Assembly (NCBI GenBank): GCA_963789265.1
Contig: CAWBKB010000007.1
Coordinates: forward strand, 256,001-320,000
Length of the DNA stretch: 64,000 bases
Origin: an uncultured delta proteobacterium
GTDB taxonomy: Bacteria; Desulfobacterota; Desulfomonilia; Desulfomonilales; Desulfomonilaceae
Direction of reading: 5' to 3'
Position numbers and translations under genes: made by a program. Of this stretch, positions 28,216 through 38,902 are shown piece by piece; position 1 is the stretch's first letter, and every line of letters begins with the position of its first letter. The notes under the pieces are model-generated. The model was given only the letters and a program-made list of their open reading frames with translations. It had not been told where the DNA came from and did no database searches.

Positions 28216-28717
28216 GTCCTCTGAGTTGGCATTGAAGCGATAAGTATCCGTGACGTCTCCTCGCCGCAGTTTACGCCCTTTTCAGAAACCTTGCCCCTGC
28301 GCAGGCGGCCTCGAGAGGCGAATCTCCTCGATACAGCTAGCCCTTTGCGGTCAAATAAACCGCTGCACCGACAGCGATTTCAGCGCCGACGCACTAAGGG
28401 CAAATCAGTTCTGGTCTCGGTTAAGGAATCTGTTCTTTCGCATTTGACTATATCACACGCAACTCCGCGTAATCAAGAACAATTGACTTGGGTCGATAAC
28501 CATTCGGTTAAGTGGAGAGAAACAGATTCACCCCTCACCGGCATTGCCGCGGCTTGCATGCACGCAGTGACGGATCACCGCGAGGAATATATGACCTCAG
28601 GGCAGGTAGAGATTAATTTTGGCAATCACGGTAGCCCATCGGAAATGTTAAAAACTTTGGGCAATATCCATCACGCTTCTTTTCAGGATGGTGAAGGATT
28701 AACATGGGAGTGAATCG

Positions 28718-30709
28718 CTATTTGCGGAGAATGGGACCGGTGGTCGGGTGATTCGCGAGCGAGGATGCGCCCCTAAAAAATCGACGCGCGCCTGCCCTGA
28801 GCCCTACAAGATTCGAAGCTGAAGCCAGGCCGGACTTCCATCTCTCTTCTACGAAGCTCCTCCAAGCAGGCTTCCTATTCGCCCACGGTATTACCCTTGC
28901 GTGATTCGAATGAATCGAATCGCAGCCTCCCCACGAGATGCCGGCGGAGGCCATCTTCGAGTTCTCCGTTACCTTGTCTACCCATACCAGATTTGTGCCA
29001 TGGCGCCTCAACAGTACCAGGCTGTCATGAGGGGCCGGTTTGTCGAAGCTCACCCCTCGGCTCACGAATCCCCTGGGAAGAACAAAAGCCGGTTGGCAAC
29101 CGGCATTTAATCGATCTCGCTCCGAAGGATAAACGTACCAGGCACGCAGTGTGCGATCGCCGTAAAGCATTCTGATCATGTCCCTCAGGCCCGCCCAACC
29201 GCGTATAACAACGGCCCGTTTGTGATACGATTCCAAGTCAAAAAATACAAAGTTGGTCTTTGGTTTGACTCCAGGGACCTGGCTGATGAGGCTTCTCAAC
29301 AGAACGTTCCTGTCGTGGGCGGCTTCTTTCCAGTCCACACTAAGACCCGCATGAAAAAGAACCATGAAACCTGCACACGTAACAGCGGCGGAATTAGCCA
29401 GCAGTTTGGCTTTCCTGCCTTGCGGACAGGTTACCAGAGTCCCCAGGAGTATTGCGAGCCCGAACGATGCAGAGGAATAGATGCGACCTGCCTCGTGGAA
29501 ATTGAACCAGGCACTGCTTGAGTCTTTAATTACTCCCCATTTCGTCAAAACCGTATTGATGAGCGTTGGGGGCTCACTGCCGTATCCCGCAAGCTGATAG
29601 GGGAGCATACCGCAAAACAGAATCCCAATACCGATTATGATCAAAAAAAATAGATCGCGGCGATTTCCTCCGGTATTCGCCTCCACAGCTTTCTCCGCAC
29701 ATTCGGTGTCCCGAACGACGAAGAATAGCATCCCGGCCGCACTGAGGGTCACCGCGAGGGCCAAAACCCAAATCTGTAGTTCGCCTGGAACCGCTGTGAA
29801 AGGAGCAGCAAGGTATAATGGTAGAAGAGCCCAATAGCCCCACACCAGCATCGGCGATGGGAGAATGCCGGTGCGCTGGACAACTCCGCCGTTTAAAAGG
29901 AGGAACCTTATTGCCAAAGCCGTCACGAACGCGGCCATCACGCCCACGCCGATTCGCGAAATAAAGCTTTTGTCCGATCGTTTGACATTGCGCCTATGGA
30001 TCGGCCACAAAAGCAAAGGGACAATGAATATCAAGAAGCCCTCGGCCTCGTAGGTCAGAAACGAGAGGAGATAAAGGAGTATCGCTGGTACCAATCCCTT
30101 CCACGATTGCGAGCGTTGCGCCCACGTCTGGAACGCCAAAACTCCGGTCCAAAAGAACAGCGCACTAAGCCTGGAATTATCGGTGAATACGACGTATGTA
30201 AGTGACGCTACCATGGGAAGAAAAAACGCAAACAGTACCGACAACACTATCAGTGCGCCGCGTCCCGGGAACGCTTTGGAAAGGCACGCACCCATCAGTA
30301 CGCAAGATCCGGCCAGGAGCAGCAGAGAAAACAAATGAAAGGCAATGCTATTGAAGCTAAAGATCTTGAACATGCTGATCCAATATACGCCTTCCACCGG
30401 GCGGAGAAATTCCTCGGCATAACCCCAGATAGATCCCGGAAACTGGTGCCAGTAAGACCAACCTAGTATCGTCCAATCGTCTCCTTCGAACCCTATGTCC
30501 CCGGTCAAGGCAGTTAACGTGATGGAGTAAATGACAAGTATCGCAGCAAGTAGTAATAACAATCGAATGTTTGAGGCGGCAGAATCTTCAAATCCCGGGT
30601 TTCTCAATTTGCGCTCCGTAAAATTACCAAAATCGACATATCGACAGGTATGATCATTACCAGAGCCAGGATGGCAAGAAAAGAAATTATTTGCCCCGCA
30701 TCTGAGCAT
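28718..30709 (-). CDS. Polytopic membrane protein, possible GT-C glycosyltransferase
   Basis: About 11 hydrophobic helices, acidic GFEGDDW motif after the first TM, SFLTYE, soluble C-terminal domain. Confidence 0.5.
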   Translation of the reverse strand: MLRCGANNFFSCHPGSGNDHTCRYVDFGNFTERKLRNPGFEDSAASNIRLLLLLAAILVIYSITLTALTGDIGFEGDDWTILGWSYWHQFPGSIWGYAEEFLRPVEGVYWISMFKIFSFNSIAFHLFSLLLLAGSCVLMGACLSKAFPGRGALIVLSVLFAFFLPMVASLTYVVFTDNSRLSALFFWTGVLAFQTWAQRSQSWKGLVPAILLYLLSFLTYEAEGFLIFIVPLLLWPIHRRNVKRSDKSFISRIGVGVMAAFVTALAIRFLLLNGGVVQRTGILPSPMLVWGYWALLPLYLAAPFTAVPGELQIWVLALAVTLSAAGMLFFVVRDTECAEKAVEANTGGNRRDLFFLIIIGIGILFCGMLPYQLAGYGSEPPTLINTVLTKWGVIKDSSSAWFNFHEAGRIYSSASFGLAILLGTLVTCPQGRKAKLLANSAAVTCAGFMVLFHAGLSVDWKEAAHDRNVLLRSLISQVPGVKPKTNFVFFDLESYHKRAVVIRGWAGLRDMIRMLYGDRTLRAWYVYPSERDRLNAGCQPAFVLPRGFVSRGVSFDKPAPHDSLVLLRRHGTNLVWVDKVTENSKMASAGISWGGCDSIHSNHARVIPWANRKPAWRSFVEERWKSGLASASNLVGLRAGARRFFRGASSLANHPTTGPILRK

Positions 30710-30929
30710 TCGCTTGCGCTCGGGAAAAGATAGTCATTATCTAACATCTACAGCAATGACAAAGGACAGAAGATCCCACGCTTAAAAGAATGCTTCCCTT
30801 GGCATGGATTCCGACGGGGACTTGACCGCCAGATATCCTTTTGATAGCGTCTCACAACAATAGTTGCATCGAAATGGCGCAATATCAAGCCGGTGATTCG
30901 GGGCGTCGCCGGTATTGTGAGAAAATCTA

Positions 30930-32162
30930 ATGTCCGGCGATACAGTCATCAAAATAGACGGTCTCTGGAAACGATATGGTTTGCCGGTTCCGGACGTTTT
31001 TGGAAAAGTTCGTAGTCTTCTGGGAACTTCAAAATCTGCCCGGCGTAATGGCGATGCCCGTGACTGGGCGCTCAGGGATCTTAACCTCGAGGTTCGCCGA
31101 GGAGAAACCGTTGGCATTGTGGGGCGCAATGGCGCAGGAAAGAGCACGCTCCTGAAAGTGCTTGCCGGTGTCACCGCGCCTACTAAAGGCAGAGTGGAGA
31201 TTCACGGCAGAATCTTCCCCATGATAGAGCTCAACGCAGGGTTGAACAAAGAGCTGACCGGCAGAGAAAATGTGCGCCTTCTGGGCGCCGTGATGGGCAT
31301 GACACGCCTTGAGATTGAATCTCGTTTGCCGGAAATAGAGTTTTTTACCGATCTCGGAGAATGGTTTGACAAGCCTGTGAGAATGTATTCCAGCGGAATG
31401 TTGAGCCGCCTGGGCTTCGGCGTTGCCGTGAACGTTGAGAGCGATGTGATTCTTATTGATGAAACTTTTGCCGTGGGTGACCTGAAATTCCAAAACAAAA
31501 GCATGGCCAGGATTAAAGAAATGCGGGAGAGCGGGGTTACGGTATTGCTGGTGAGTCATGGCCTCGAAACCCTGCAATTCGTGGCGCGACGCGGCCTTTT
31601 TTTGGAAGAGGGCCGACTATTGGCCGAAGGTACCGCCCTGGACGCGATCAATGCCTACGAAAAGGCTGTCTTTCGGTCAGACACGGGAGGAGCGGAGGTC
31701 CGTACGAGAAGTCGAATTTCAACCCAGGAAGTTAACATTTACAATGCTCGGCTATATGACGCAGACGGACGGACTCTTAATGAGATTGTAACTGAGACAC
31801 CGTTCGGCATCGAGGTGGATTTGCGCCTGAACCAAATCCTGGAGCGACCTATGTTTTCCATGGGGATTCACAATGATGCCGGAGTGCTATGCAAGTGGAA
31901 CATTTCCTTGGAGGACGGCCTTTCTGTACCCGGTTCGCGCGATCGCTTCCTCGTTAGAGCATGGTATCCTGAAAATCACTTGATGAATGGTCTCTATGAA
32001 GTCCATTTTGCCGCGAGGGACGGCGCTTCATTTGAGACGCTTGAACGTATTGCAGGGCTTCTGAAGTTCGCCGTGAAAGGTCCTGACGGCGCGAAAGGGA
32101 TTGTTTCCGGACCTTGTCTCTGGACCGTTTTGCCGCAGTCTTCCAACTATGAATCTTCATGA
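30930..32162 (+). CDS. wzt: Polysaccharide ABC exporter ATPase with a C-terminal Wzt_C-like domain
   Basis: GRNGAGKSTL, ELTGRENV, YSSGM, IDETFAVGD, VSH. Confidence 0.85.
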   Translation: MSGDTVIKIDGLWKRYGLPVPDVFGKVRSLLGTSKSARRNGDARDWALRDLNLEVRRGETVGIVGRNGAGKSTLLKVLAGVTAPTKGRVEIHGRIFPMIELNAGLNKELTGRENVRLLGAVMGMTRLEIESRLPEIEFFTDLGEWFDKPVRMYSSGMLSRLGFGVAVNVESDVILIDETFAVGDLKFQNKSMARIKEMRESGVTVLLVSHGLETLQFVARRGLFLEEGRLLAEGTALDAINAYEKAVFRSDTGGAEVRTRSRISTQEVNIYNARLYDADGRTLNEIVTETPFGIEVDLRLNQILERPMFSMGIHNDAGVLCKWNISLEDGLSVPGSRDRFLVRAWYPENHLMNGLYEVHFAARDGASFETLERIAGLLKFAVKGPDGAKGIVSGPCLWTVLPQSSNYESS

Positions 32163-32189
32163 CGCGTCCACAGATCGGACAAAAAGAGC

Positions 32190-33071
32190 TTGATTATGGA
32201 ACTTGTTGTAGACGACCGGGCTTACAATGTTCAAGTGACTCGAAATGTCACTCTTCCGCCGGATGCGCCTCGCTTGGCCGTGATTTCGCGTCAACAAAAC
32301 AAGACTGCAACAAATTTGATGCGTGTTTGTATTGATGCCGTTCGGTATTTCACTTCCGAACCTCATGAATTATGGGTAATTGACAACAATTCCCCTTTGG
32401 AGAATATCCGGTGGCTCTTGGAGCAGCCCGGCATCAATATTGCTCTGAACCGAACGCAACCTCTGCCGCCGCAAGCGCGAAACGCCTTTAATGTTGAAAA
32501 CGATCCGGACGCTCAGTTGACCTGGGATAGTTACGCAAATGCCATTGGATTGGAAATTGGGGCAAGACTGATCGACCAGAGATCGAATTATCTCATGTGC
32601 ATGCACATGGATACCATGCCCTGCCGACCGGGATGGCTGTCTTATTTGAGATCGAAAATCAAGGACAAGGTGGCCACGGCCGGCGTTCGCATGGACAGGA
32701 CAAGAACTCCAAACGGGGTCCTGCATGTTTTGGGATACATGGTCGATTTTCAGTTGTTTAAGCAGCTCGAATTGGATTTCTTTCCCGACTTGCCCCAATT
32801 GGACGTGGGCGACGGGGTGACTGTGCGCTTGCGAGAGGAAGGTTACGAAGTATTTGCCTGTCCCAACACGCTTTGGGATCCGTCCATCGCGGAGAAAATA
32901 CCGCCATCTTCGCCGTTAAGAGATTTTCGAGTCGATAGAGCTTTAGACGACAAAGGCAACGTGATTTTTCTGCACCTCGGTAGAGGTGTGAGAAAATCTC
33001 TCGGCGTGCATACTCAGGGAACTCCGGCCGACGAATGGCTTAGAATTGCTTATCAACATCTTCTGACTTAG
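32190..33071 (+). CDS. Glycosyltransferase-like protein (GT-A/GT2 fold)
   Basis: ELWVIDNNS, HMD, DVGD, FLHLGRG; follows wzt. Confidence 0.55.
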   Translation: MIMELVVDDRAYNVQVTRNVTLPPDAPRLAVISRQQNKTATNLMRVCIDAVRYFTSEPHELWVIDNNSPLENIRWLLEQPGINIALNRTQPLPPQARNAFNVENDPDAQLTWDSYANAIGLEIGARLIDQRSNYLMCMHMDTMPCRPGWLSYLRSKIKDKVATAGVRMDRTRTPNGVLHVLGYMVDFQLFKQLELDFFPDLPQLDVGDGVTVRLREEGYEVFACPNTLWDPSIAEKIPPSSPLRDFRVDRALDDKGNVIFLHLGRGVRKSLGVHTQGTPADEWLRIAYQHLLT

Positions 33072-33199
33072 AGGCACGAGAAAGCGCCGGGTGTGCCGTG
33101 CCCCCTCTGGAAGAATGTGAAGGGCCGTTGGGCCGATGACATCATGGAACAAGAAAGACTCATACCTATTCTCGTTCAAGCAAGTGACTCCAAGTTTCT

Positions 33200-33312
33200 G
33201 GTGGGGCAGGCATCCAGACTGCCGTCATGCCGGCATCCAGACTGGACCCCGGATCAGGGTCCGGGGTGACAAATGGCCGGCAGTCCCACGTTCCGCGCGG
33301 GACTGCCCCACC
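33200..33312. repeat. Nested REP-like palindromes
   Basis: Outer GGTGGGGCAG...CTGCCCCACC; inner GTCATGCCGGCATCCAG-ACTGGACCCCGGATCAGGGTCCGGGGTGAC. Confidence 0.55.
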
Positions 33313-33383
33313 ATACCTTGTCCAGGATGTCACTTGTTTAGCAGCGCATTGATATCATGCTCCTATTCGATGAGTATTCGGCA

Positions 33384-35123
33384 ATGAGGTATTACGGATC
33401 GATAGTGACTTTTGCACTAGCTGCTTTTTTGCTCACGCCTGCGGCCGTCCTCGGCGAGAAGCCACCTGCTCCAGGGGCTATCCTGGTCGTGCAGGGAAAA
33501 GTCCTGGATTCCGCGGGCATGCCCCTGTCAGATGCAAGTGTTCTCCCGTATCTCGACGGCAAGCTCTATATGCCTTCTGTTAAAAAGGCCGATCTGAGAA
33601 AGGTCTACTCAACAGGCCGAAACGGTCTGTTTATGTTTCAGATAGCGGCCTCCCCGGGAAAAATCCAACGCGGGCAATGGTCACTGAAGGTCACCAGGCC
33701 GAGTTTCAGGCCATCCCAGGCAATCCCTCTAAAGCTACTCGATGAGGGAAAGGGTGAGACGGGCATACAGCGTCTCGTCGCTACCGCTTCAGTGAAGCTC
33801 GCCCGGTATCGGGGGACCCCTTTCTTGATCGCCCTGATCGTATTCATCGGGGTCTACGTGATGATCGCCTTTGAAATTGTGCACCGGACCATGGCTGCGC
33901 TCCTGGGGGCCGTGACCCTCCTGGTTATTACCCACACCTTTGGGCACTTTAATGACGCCTACAAGGTGCTTACGTACGACCAGGCCCTTCAGGCCGTGGA
34001 CTGGAACGTCATCTTTCTTTTAATGGGAATGATGATTATTGTCGGTGTGTTGAAGGTGTCCGGAGTTTTCCAGTGGCTCGCGTACAAATCGTTTCAAGTG
34101 GCCGGCGGCAGGATCTTTGTGCTCGCATCTGCTCTTTGTCTGGTTACGGCCGTTATCAGCGCGTTTCTCGACAATGTCACTACCATGTTGTTGTTGACAT
34201 CTGTGACGATGGAATTGGCACTGGTCTTGGAGATTTCCCCATTTGTGTTTCTTGTTCCCGAGATAGTCGCGTCGAACTTCGGTGGTGCGGCCACCCTAAT
34301 TGGGGATCCGCCCAACATTATGATCGGTTCTTTCGCGGGCTTGACATTCAATGACTTCTTAATCCACTTGACACCCGTGGTGATAGCCGTGGCCGCAGTA
34401 CAAATCGTCTATAACAAAATTTACTACCGGGCCGATTACTACAAGGCCCAAGTCAAGGACGTTCCCGCGATGGTCTCCTTTCTCAGGGAGAAGTACAGCA
34501 TTACGGACCGCAAGGTCCTGATCATAGGCGGAACAGTGCTTACCGGCGTTATCCTGATGTTTATCCTGCACGGTTTCTTCTATATGGAGGTCAGTGTTGC
34601 AGCGCTGTTCGGGGCCGCGGCAATCATCCTGCTCAACAGAATGGATATTGTAGAACTGCTCGAAAAAGAGGTTGAATGGCCGACTCTTGTATTTTTTATC
34701 ATGCTGTTCATGGTGGTCGGCGCTGCCGAACAAACAGGGATTCTTCAGGCCATTGCGGACTGGATAGTTAAAGTATGCGGGGGCAATCTCACCGCAGCGG
34801 TGCTGGTTATCTTGTGGGTATCGGGCTTGGGCTCGGCGATAGTAGACAACATTCCCTACACTGCCACCATGCTCCCCATAATATTTTTCCTGAGTAAGAC
34901 CATCCCGGGCGCCGACTCCGGCGTCCTCTGGTGGGCCCTTGCTTTAGGGGCCTGTTTCGGCGGGAACGGCTCAATCATTGGGGCCTCGGCAAATGTAGTG
35001 ACAGCGGATATTGCCGAAAAAGCGGGGTACAAAATTACCTTTTACGATTTTATGAAGCAGGCCGCGCCTATCACCGTCATCAGCCTGATAATCTCTTCGG
35101 TCTATCTGCTGATTTTCTACTAA
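33384..35123 (+). CDS. ArsB/NhaD (SLC13/CitMHS-like) ion transporter with an N-terminal exported domain
   Basis: SAFLDNVTT, SNFGGAATLIGDPPNIMI, SAIVDNIPY, LGACFGGNGSIIGASANV. Confidence 0.85.
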   Translation: MRYYGSIVTFALAAFLLTPAAVLGEKPPAPGAILVVQGKVLDSAGMPLSDASVLPYLDGKLYMPSVKKADLRKVYSTGRNGLFMFQIAASPGKIQRGQWSLKVTRPSFRPSQAIPLKLLDEGKGETGIQRLVATASVKLARYRGTPFLIALIVFIGVYVMIAFEIVHRTMAALLGAVTLLVITHTFGHFNDAYKVLTYDQALQAVDWNVIFLLMGMMIIVGVLKVSGVFQWLAYKSFQVAGGRIFVLASALCLVTAVISAFLDNVTTMLLLTSVTMELALVLEISPFVFLVPEIVASNFGGAATLIGDPPNIMIGSFAGLTFNDFLIHLTPVVIAVAAVQIVYNKIYYRADYYKAQVKDVPAMVSFLREKYSITDRKVLIIGGTVLTGVILMFILHGFFYMEVSVAALFGAAAIILLNRMDIVELLEKEVEWPTLVFFIMLFMVVGAAEQTGILQAIADWIVKVCGGNLTAAVLVILWVSGLGSAIVDNIPYTATMLPIIFFLSKTIPGADSGVLWWALALGACFGGNGSIIGASANVVTADIAEKAGYKITFYDFMKQAAPITVISLIISSVYLLIFY

Positions 35124-35162
35124 CGTCAGCGCACCGGCGCAAGACGCGGAAAGGAGCGAAAC

Positions 35163-35663
35163 ATGCCGCATTCGATGCCGGTTTCGAAACTTATGATTGA
35201 CCGCAATGAATGGGCGATATTCAGGGCTGACTCTGATGTTCGCACGGCCATCAAAATCTTGAGAATTGTCACGGAAGACAAAAAGTTGGAACACGGGCAT
35301 TCAACTCCTCTGGTACTGGACGAAAATAACAATCTCCTTGGCTTTGTGCGGCTGACCGATTTACTGAAGGAAGTGAGGCATCTCTGCGACAAAGAAGATC
35401 AACCTTGCGAATTGGACAAAGCCGTGAGACCTGTGAAAGAGCTGGTGATACCCTTCAAAGGGACTGTGACGGAAGAAGACAGTATTCTCAAGGCCCTCGA
35501 CATCATGATCGATTACGGTGTATCTCTCGTGCCGGTGCTGAAAGACGGCAAGCTCAAAGGGATCGTCAAACTGGCCGACATATTCAACACGGTTGCCGCC
35601 TTGCTGTTTGACGAAGAAGATCCGGAAGAGAGGCACAAGATCCTTCGAGACTACAATTTGTAG
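35163..35663 (+). CDS. CBS-domain protein
   Basis: Two CBS repeats (LVLDENNNLLGFV, VPVLKDGKLKGIV); RBS AAGGAG. Confidence 0.8.
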   Translation: MPHSMPVSKLMIDRNEWAIFRADSDVRTAIKILRIVTEDKKLEHGHSTPLVLDENNNLLGFVRLTDLLKEVRHLCDKEDQPCELDKAVRPVKELVIPFKGTVTEEDSILKALDIMIDYGVSLVPVLKDGKLKGIVKLADIFNTVAALLFDEEDPEERHKILRDYNL

Positions 35664-35724
35664 CCGCGTTGCAGTCCGGTTCAGAGAACTTGGGAATCCA
35701 GTCGTAATATTTCCTGTATTCGAT

Positions 35725-35967
35725 TCAGTTCGCCTTCTTCGTGGTTTGTTCCCTAAGCTTCCTCCAGGAAGCCCACTCACATCTCGTTTTGCACGACGAG
35801 CAGGCCCAGTCCATTATCCCATTACGATTGCACGGACACCTGGCGTAACATGCATCCAAGTCAGAGGGTCCCGATTGAGCTGGGTTCGTCGCCGCGGTCG
35901 GGCTGTACATCGCAACCAGCAACAAAGCGGTCAAAATTAAGATTACCACGAACATTCGGTTCACCAT
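35725..35967 (-). CDS. Small secreted six-cysteine protein
   Basis: RBS AAAGGAGG, signal peptide, CxxxCxC...CxxCxxxC. Confidence 0.6.
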   Translation of the reverse strand: MVNRMFVVILILTALLLVAMYSPTAATNPAQSGPSDLDACYARCPCNRNGIMDWACSSCKTRCEWASWRKLREQTTKKAN

Positions 35968-36061
35968 TGTGGCCTCCTTTGTCCCAACCGGAATGCACCG
36001 GTGGTCTTATGATGTCGCGGGCTTAAACCCGTAGGTTTATGATTGAATCCCTTTTCAGGAG

Positions 36062-38314
36062 TTAACGCATACGCCGAAGCATTGCCTCGAAACGCGGGTC
36101 CTGTCTGAGTGACGCGAGTCCTACGTCCCGATCCAATTTGTCCGCGTCAACGCGCCCATCGCGAGCGGCTGCTTCGAGCACCCCTAAGGCTTCATCCTTT
36201 CGATGAGCAAGAGCGTAGATTGTAGCCAGATCGTAAACGTACCGGGGATTCGCGGGCTCTTTCCGGCGTGCGTCAAGCACCCACGGAATCCCTTCCGCGG
36301 GCTTTCCGGAAGCGGCCAGCGCCAAGCCGTACGTGTCCAGGAGTGTCGGGTCGTCGGGACTCTTCTGCAGGCCGGTCTTCGCCGTGTCGATCGCCTCGGT
36401 AATACGACCGGCTCCAAGATAGATCAGCGCGAGTTTGGAATATGCCCCGGGGATCTTTTCTCCGCGATCCACCAGGCGCCGCAGAATGCGTTCCGCCTCA
36501 TCTTTTCGGCCCGACATGAAGGATGCGACAGCCAATCCGTAACCCATAGTCGGGGCATTACCCGACAGCTTGACCGCCTTTTCGGATTCCTCAACAGCCC
36601 GTTCGTAGTTCCCCTCATCCAACAGGAAGCTGGCGAGCATCGCGTGCACTCCGGGATTTGAGTCCATGTGTTTCGCCGCTCTGAGCAGCGCGGCCTGCGC
36701 CTCGACCTTTTTGCCGGCCCAATACAGCGTCTTGGCCAAATTCCAATCTCTCATGGCGAAGAACTTTTGATCGAGGCTTGCCATAACCCTTGCATAGATC
36801 GCATCCTTTTCCCGGCGGCTCAGTTTCTTCGCGGGATGGACGAGCCCCAGCCTCGCCATCTCTTGGAGAAGTGCTTCTGCCAGTCTCTGGTGCCCCTCAA
36901 TTCTGGGATGGACATGATCGAGGAATGCCTCATTTCCCGGGATCGTGGAGTAGCCTCCTTTGCCGCTCGAAATCTCAGAGACAACGTTGGGGAAACGTAT
37001 GTACGCTGTCGCGTCCCCGGCTTTTCTACCAAGAGCTTCAAGAATCGAGGTCGTGGCCCGCAAGGGGCATATATCGAGATCTTTCGCTCGAATGAAGCTT
37101 TTCAATGCGTCTTTGGAACGCCTGAGCCCCAGAAGGGCCTTTCCGGTCAAGTAGTGGGCCATCGCGCACAAAGGATCGACTTCAGTGCACTCCGCGAGTA
37201 GTTTAAGGGCCTTTTGGAACTGTCTCAGCTCAATTAAGCGAGCCGCCTCTGCTACGGTTTTCTCTATCTTGGCTTTTGTCCGCGCATCGAGACGTGGGTC
37301 ATGTTCGGACTTGAACGGAGAGAAGTCCTTGAGATTGGAGGCCGGCTCCACAAAGATTATCGGCACGTCGGCCCGTTGGCATATCCGAATCATTCTGCCC
37401 AAATTGTAAGAAAAATGCTGAACCACACCTCGTGAGAATTCCTCGTCCCGGTGGTAGAGATACAAACCCGCGCTCTGGTCCAGGATCGTGGTGAGATCGT
37501 CCTTCAGCACGGTTTTTGGAGGATTCCTGCATCCGGGATTTGGTTTGATCGACTTGTGGGGTGCCGGACCGGTGATTCCTGACTTGAGGACGTCCCGCCG
37601 CTCGAAACTGAATCGAACGACCGGTTTCAGCAGGAGCTCAAGAGCGCGATCGACGCGAAGCCGCACCAGCGCAGACCTCAGCGTTACCAAGGCTCGTCCC
37701 TGATGCAGAAGCTCCGAATATGTGCGCCGTTCCAGGAATTCATTCTGCCCGGCGTACACGATGACCAGATCCGGCTTGAAGCCCAACGTTTCCTTGATCA
37801 GCGGAACGATCCGATACGAAGCGTAAGAGATGCCCCCTGCGTTGATCACCTGGAAAACTCTACCCGACACGGAAGCTGCCAAGAGTTCCCCGAGCCATCT
37901 CGGAAAGGCCGTTCTCCCGTCGAACGGATGGCCGTAAGTTGTCGAACCTCCGAAGCAGAAAATCCTGAAGGTGCCAGGCTTCTTTTCAACAGGGAAGGAA
38001 ACCTGATTGAAATACTTCAGCTTCTGAACGGCAGTTGATGCCTTACCGTCCTTGACCGAGAAAAGAGGCTGTAGCGCCGAGAATCCGACGTACGGGTCTC
38101 CTGTGTCAGGTGCGCTTGGAATGCCGGCAATCCTGAGACCGACTTCCAAAGTGCCGAAGAAGGCAGCACACACGATGAGGCCGATCATGAGATCCCGAAA
38201 GAAACTGCATCGCGGCATGGCAAGCGGCTCGGGTGCAACTCGAGGTTTACTCCCTTTATTCTCCCCGCGTTCGGCACCATGCCGAATTTTGCCTTTTTTT
38301 CCTCGTTTGCCCAT
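36062..38314 (-). CDS. SGNH/GDSL-like hydrolase-fold protein with TPR repeats
   Basis: FGGSTTYG, INAGGISYAS, YAGQNEF, DHVHP, several TPR helices, N-terminal TM. Confidence 0.75.
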   Translation of the reverse strand: MGKRGKKGKIRHGAERGENKGSKPRVAPEPLAMPRCSFFRDLMIGLIVCAAFFGTLEVGLRIAGIPSAPDTGDPYVGFSALQPLFSVKDGKASTAVQKLKYFNQVSFPVEKKPGTFRIFCFGGSTTYGHPFDGRTAFPRWLGELLAASVSGRVFQVINAGGISYASYRIVPLIKETLGFKPDLVIVYAGQNEFLERRTYSELLHQGRALVTLRSALVRLRVDRALELLLKPVVRFSFERRDVLKSGITGPAPHKSIKPNPGCRNPPKTVLKDDLTTILDQSAGLYLYHRDEEFSRGVVQHFSYNLGRMIRICQRADVPIIFVEPASNLKDFSPFKSEHDPRLDARTKAKIEKTVAEAARLIELRQFQKALKLLAECTEVDPLCAMAHYLTGKALLGLRRSKDALKSFIRAKDLDICPLRATTSILEALGRKAGDATAYIRFPNVVSEISSGKGGYSTIPGNEAFLDHVHPRIEGHQRLAEALLQEMARLGLVHPAKKLSRREKDAIYARVMASLDQKFFAMRDWNLAKTLYWAGKKVEAQAALLRAAKHMDSNPGVHAMLASFLLDEGNYERAVEESEKAVKLSGNAPTMGYGLAVASFMSGRKDEAERILRRLVDRGEKIPGAYSKLALIYLGAGRITEAIDTAKTGLQKSPDDPTLLDTYGLALAASGKPAEGIPWVLDARRKEPANPRYVYDLATIYALAHRKDEALGVLEAAARDGRVDADKLDRDVGLASLRQDPRFEAMLRRMR

Positions 38315-38472
38315 GAATGCCTTGATTGACAGGTCCCTTAGGATTCATCGCAACCAACGATTCCCTACGAAACGGCATCTTATTAGTTTAATATAATGTT
38401 ATTTGTCAATATAATTTAATATGTAACTGTATCATTTTAGTTATCATGAGTAAGCTATCCGTTCCAACCGGT

Positions 38473-38557
38473 GTCATTGCGAGCGAAGCGAAGCAATCTC
38501 ATTTCTGGAGAGCGTCCTGAGCCGAGATTGCTTCGTCGCTTTGCTCCTCGCAATGAC
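38473..38557. repeat. REP-like palindrome (GTCATTGCGAG family); partial copies at 38766..38849
   Basis: GTCATTGCGAGCGAAGCGAAGCAATCTC...GAGATTGCTTCGTCGCT..CTCCTCGCAATGAC. Confidence 0.75.
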
Positions 38558-38902
38558 TATCTTTTGCCTGTACGTAAGTGAATGCTGATCGCGCTCTCAA
38601 ATTTTTTCTGGACAAGAACACGCGGGTGTGTAATGCTTACTTACGTGTATGCCATACATACATGTAGTCACTTCACGGCGACGAATCCCAGTCCTGTCCC
38701 TCGTTGAGCCAATGGAGGACTTGGTACTGTTTTTCGTAAGTACGGTCGCGGATTTTCACGGTAGCGATTGCTTTCCCGCGGGACGCGGGATTTCACTCCT
38801 CGCAAAGACATTCCCACTACCTGTCATTGCGAGCGAAGCGAAGCAATCTTCTTCCAGACTGGGGGCTTAACATCACTGTATTTGCGAAAAGGAGGACTTC
38901 GT

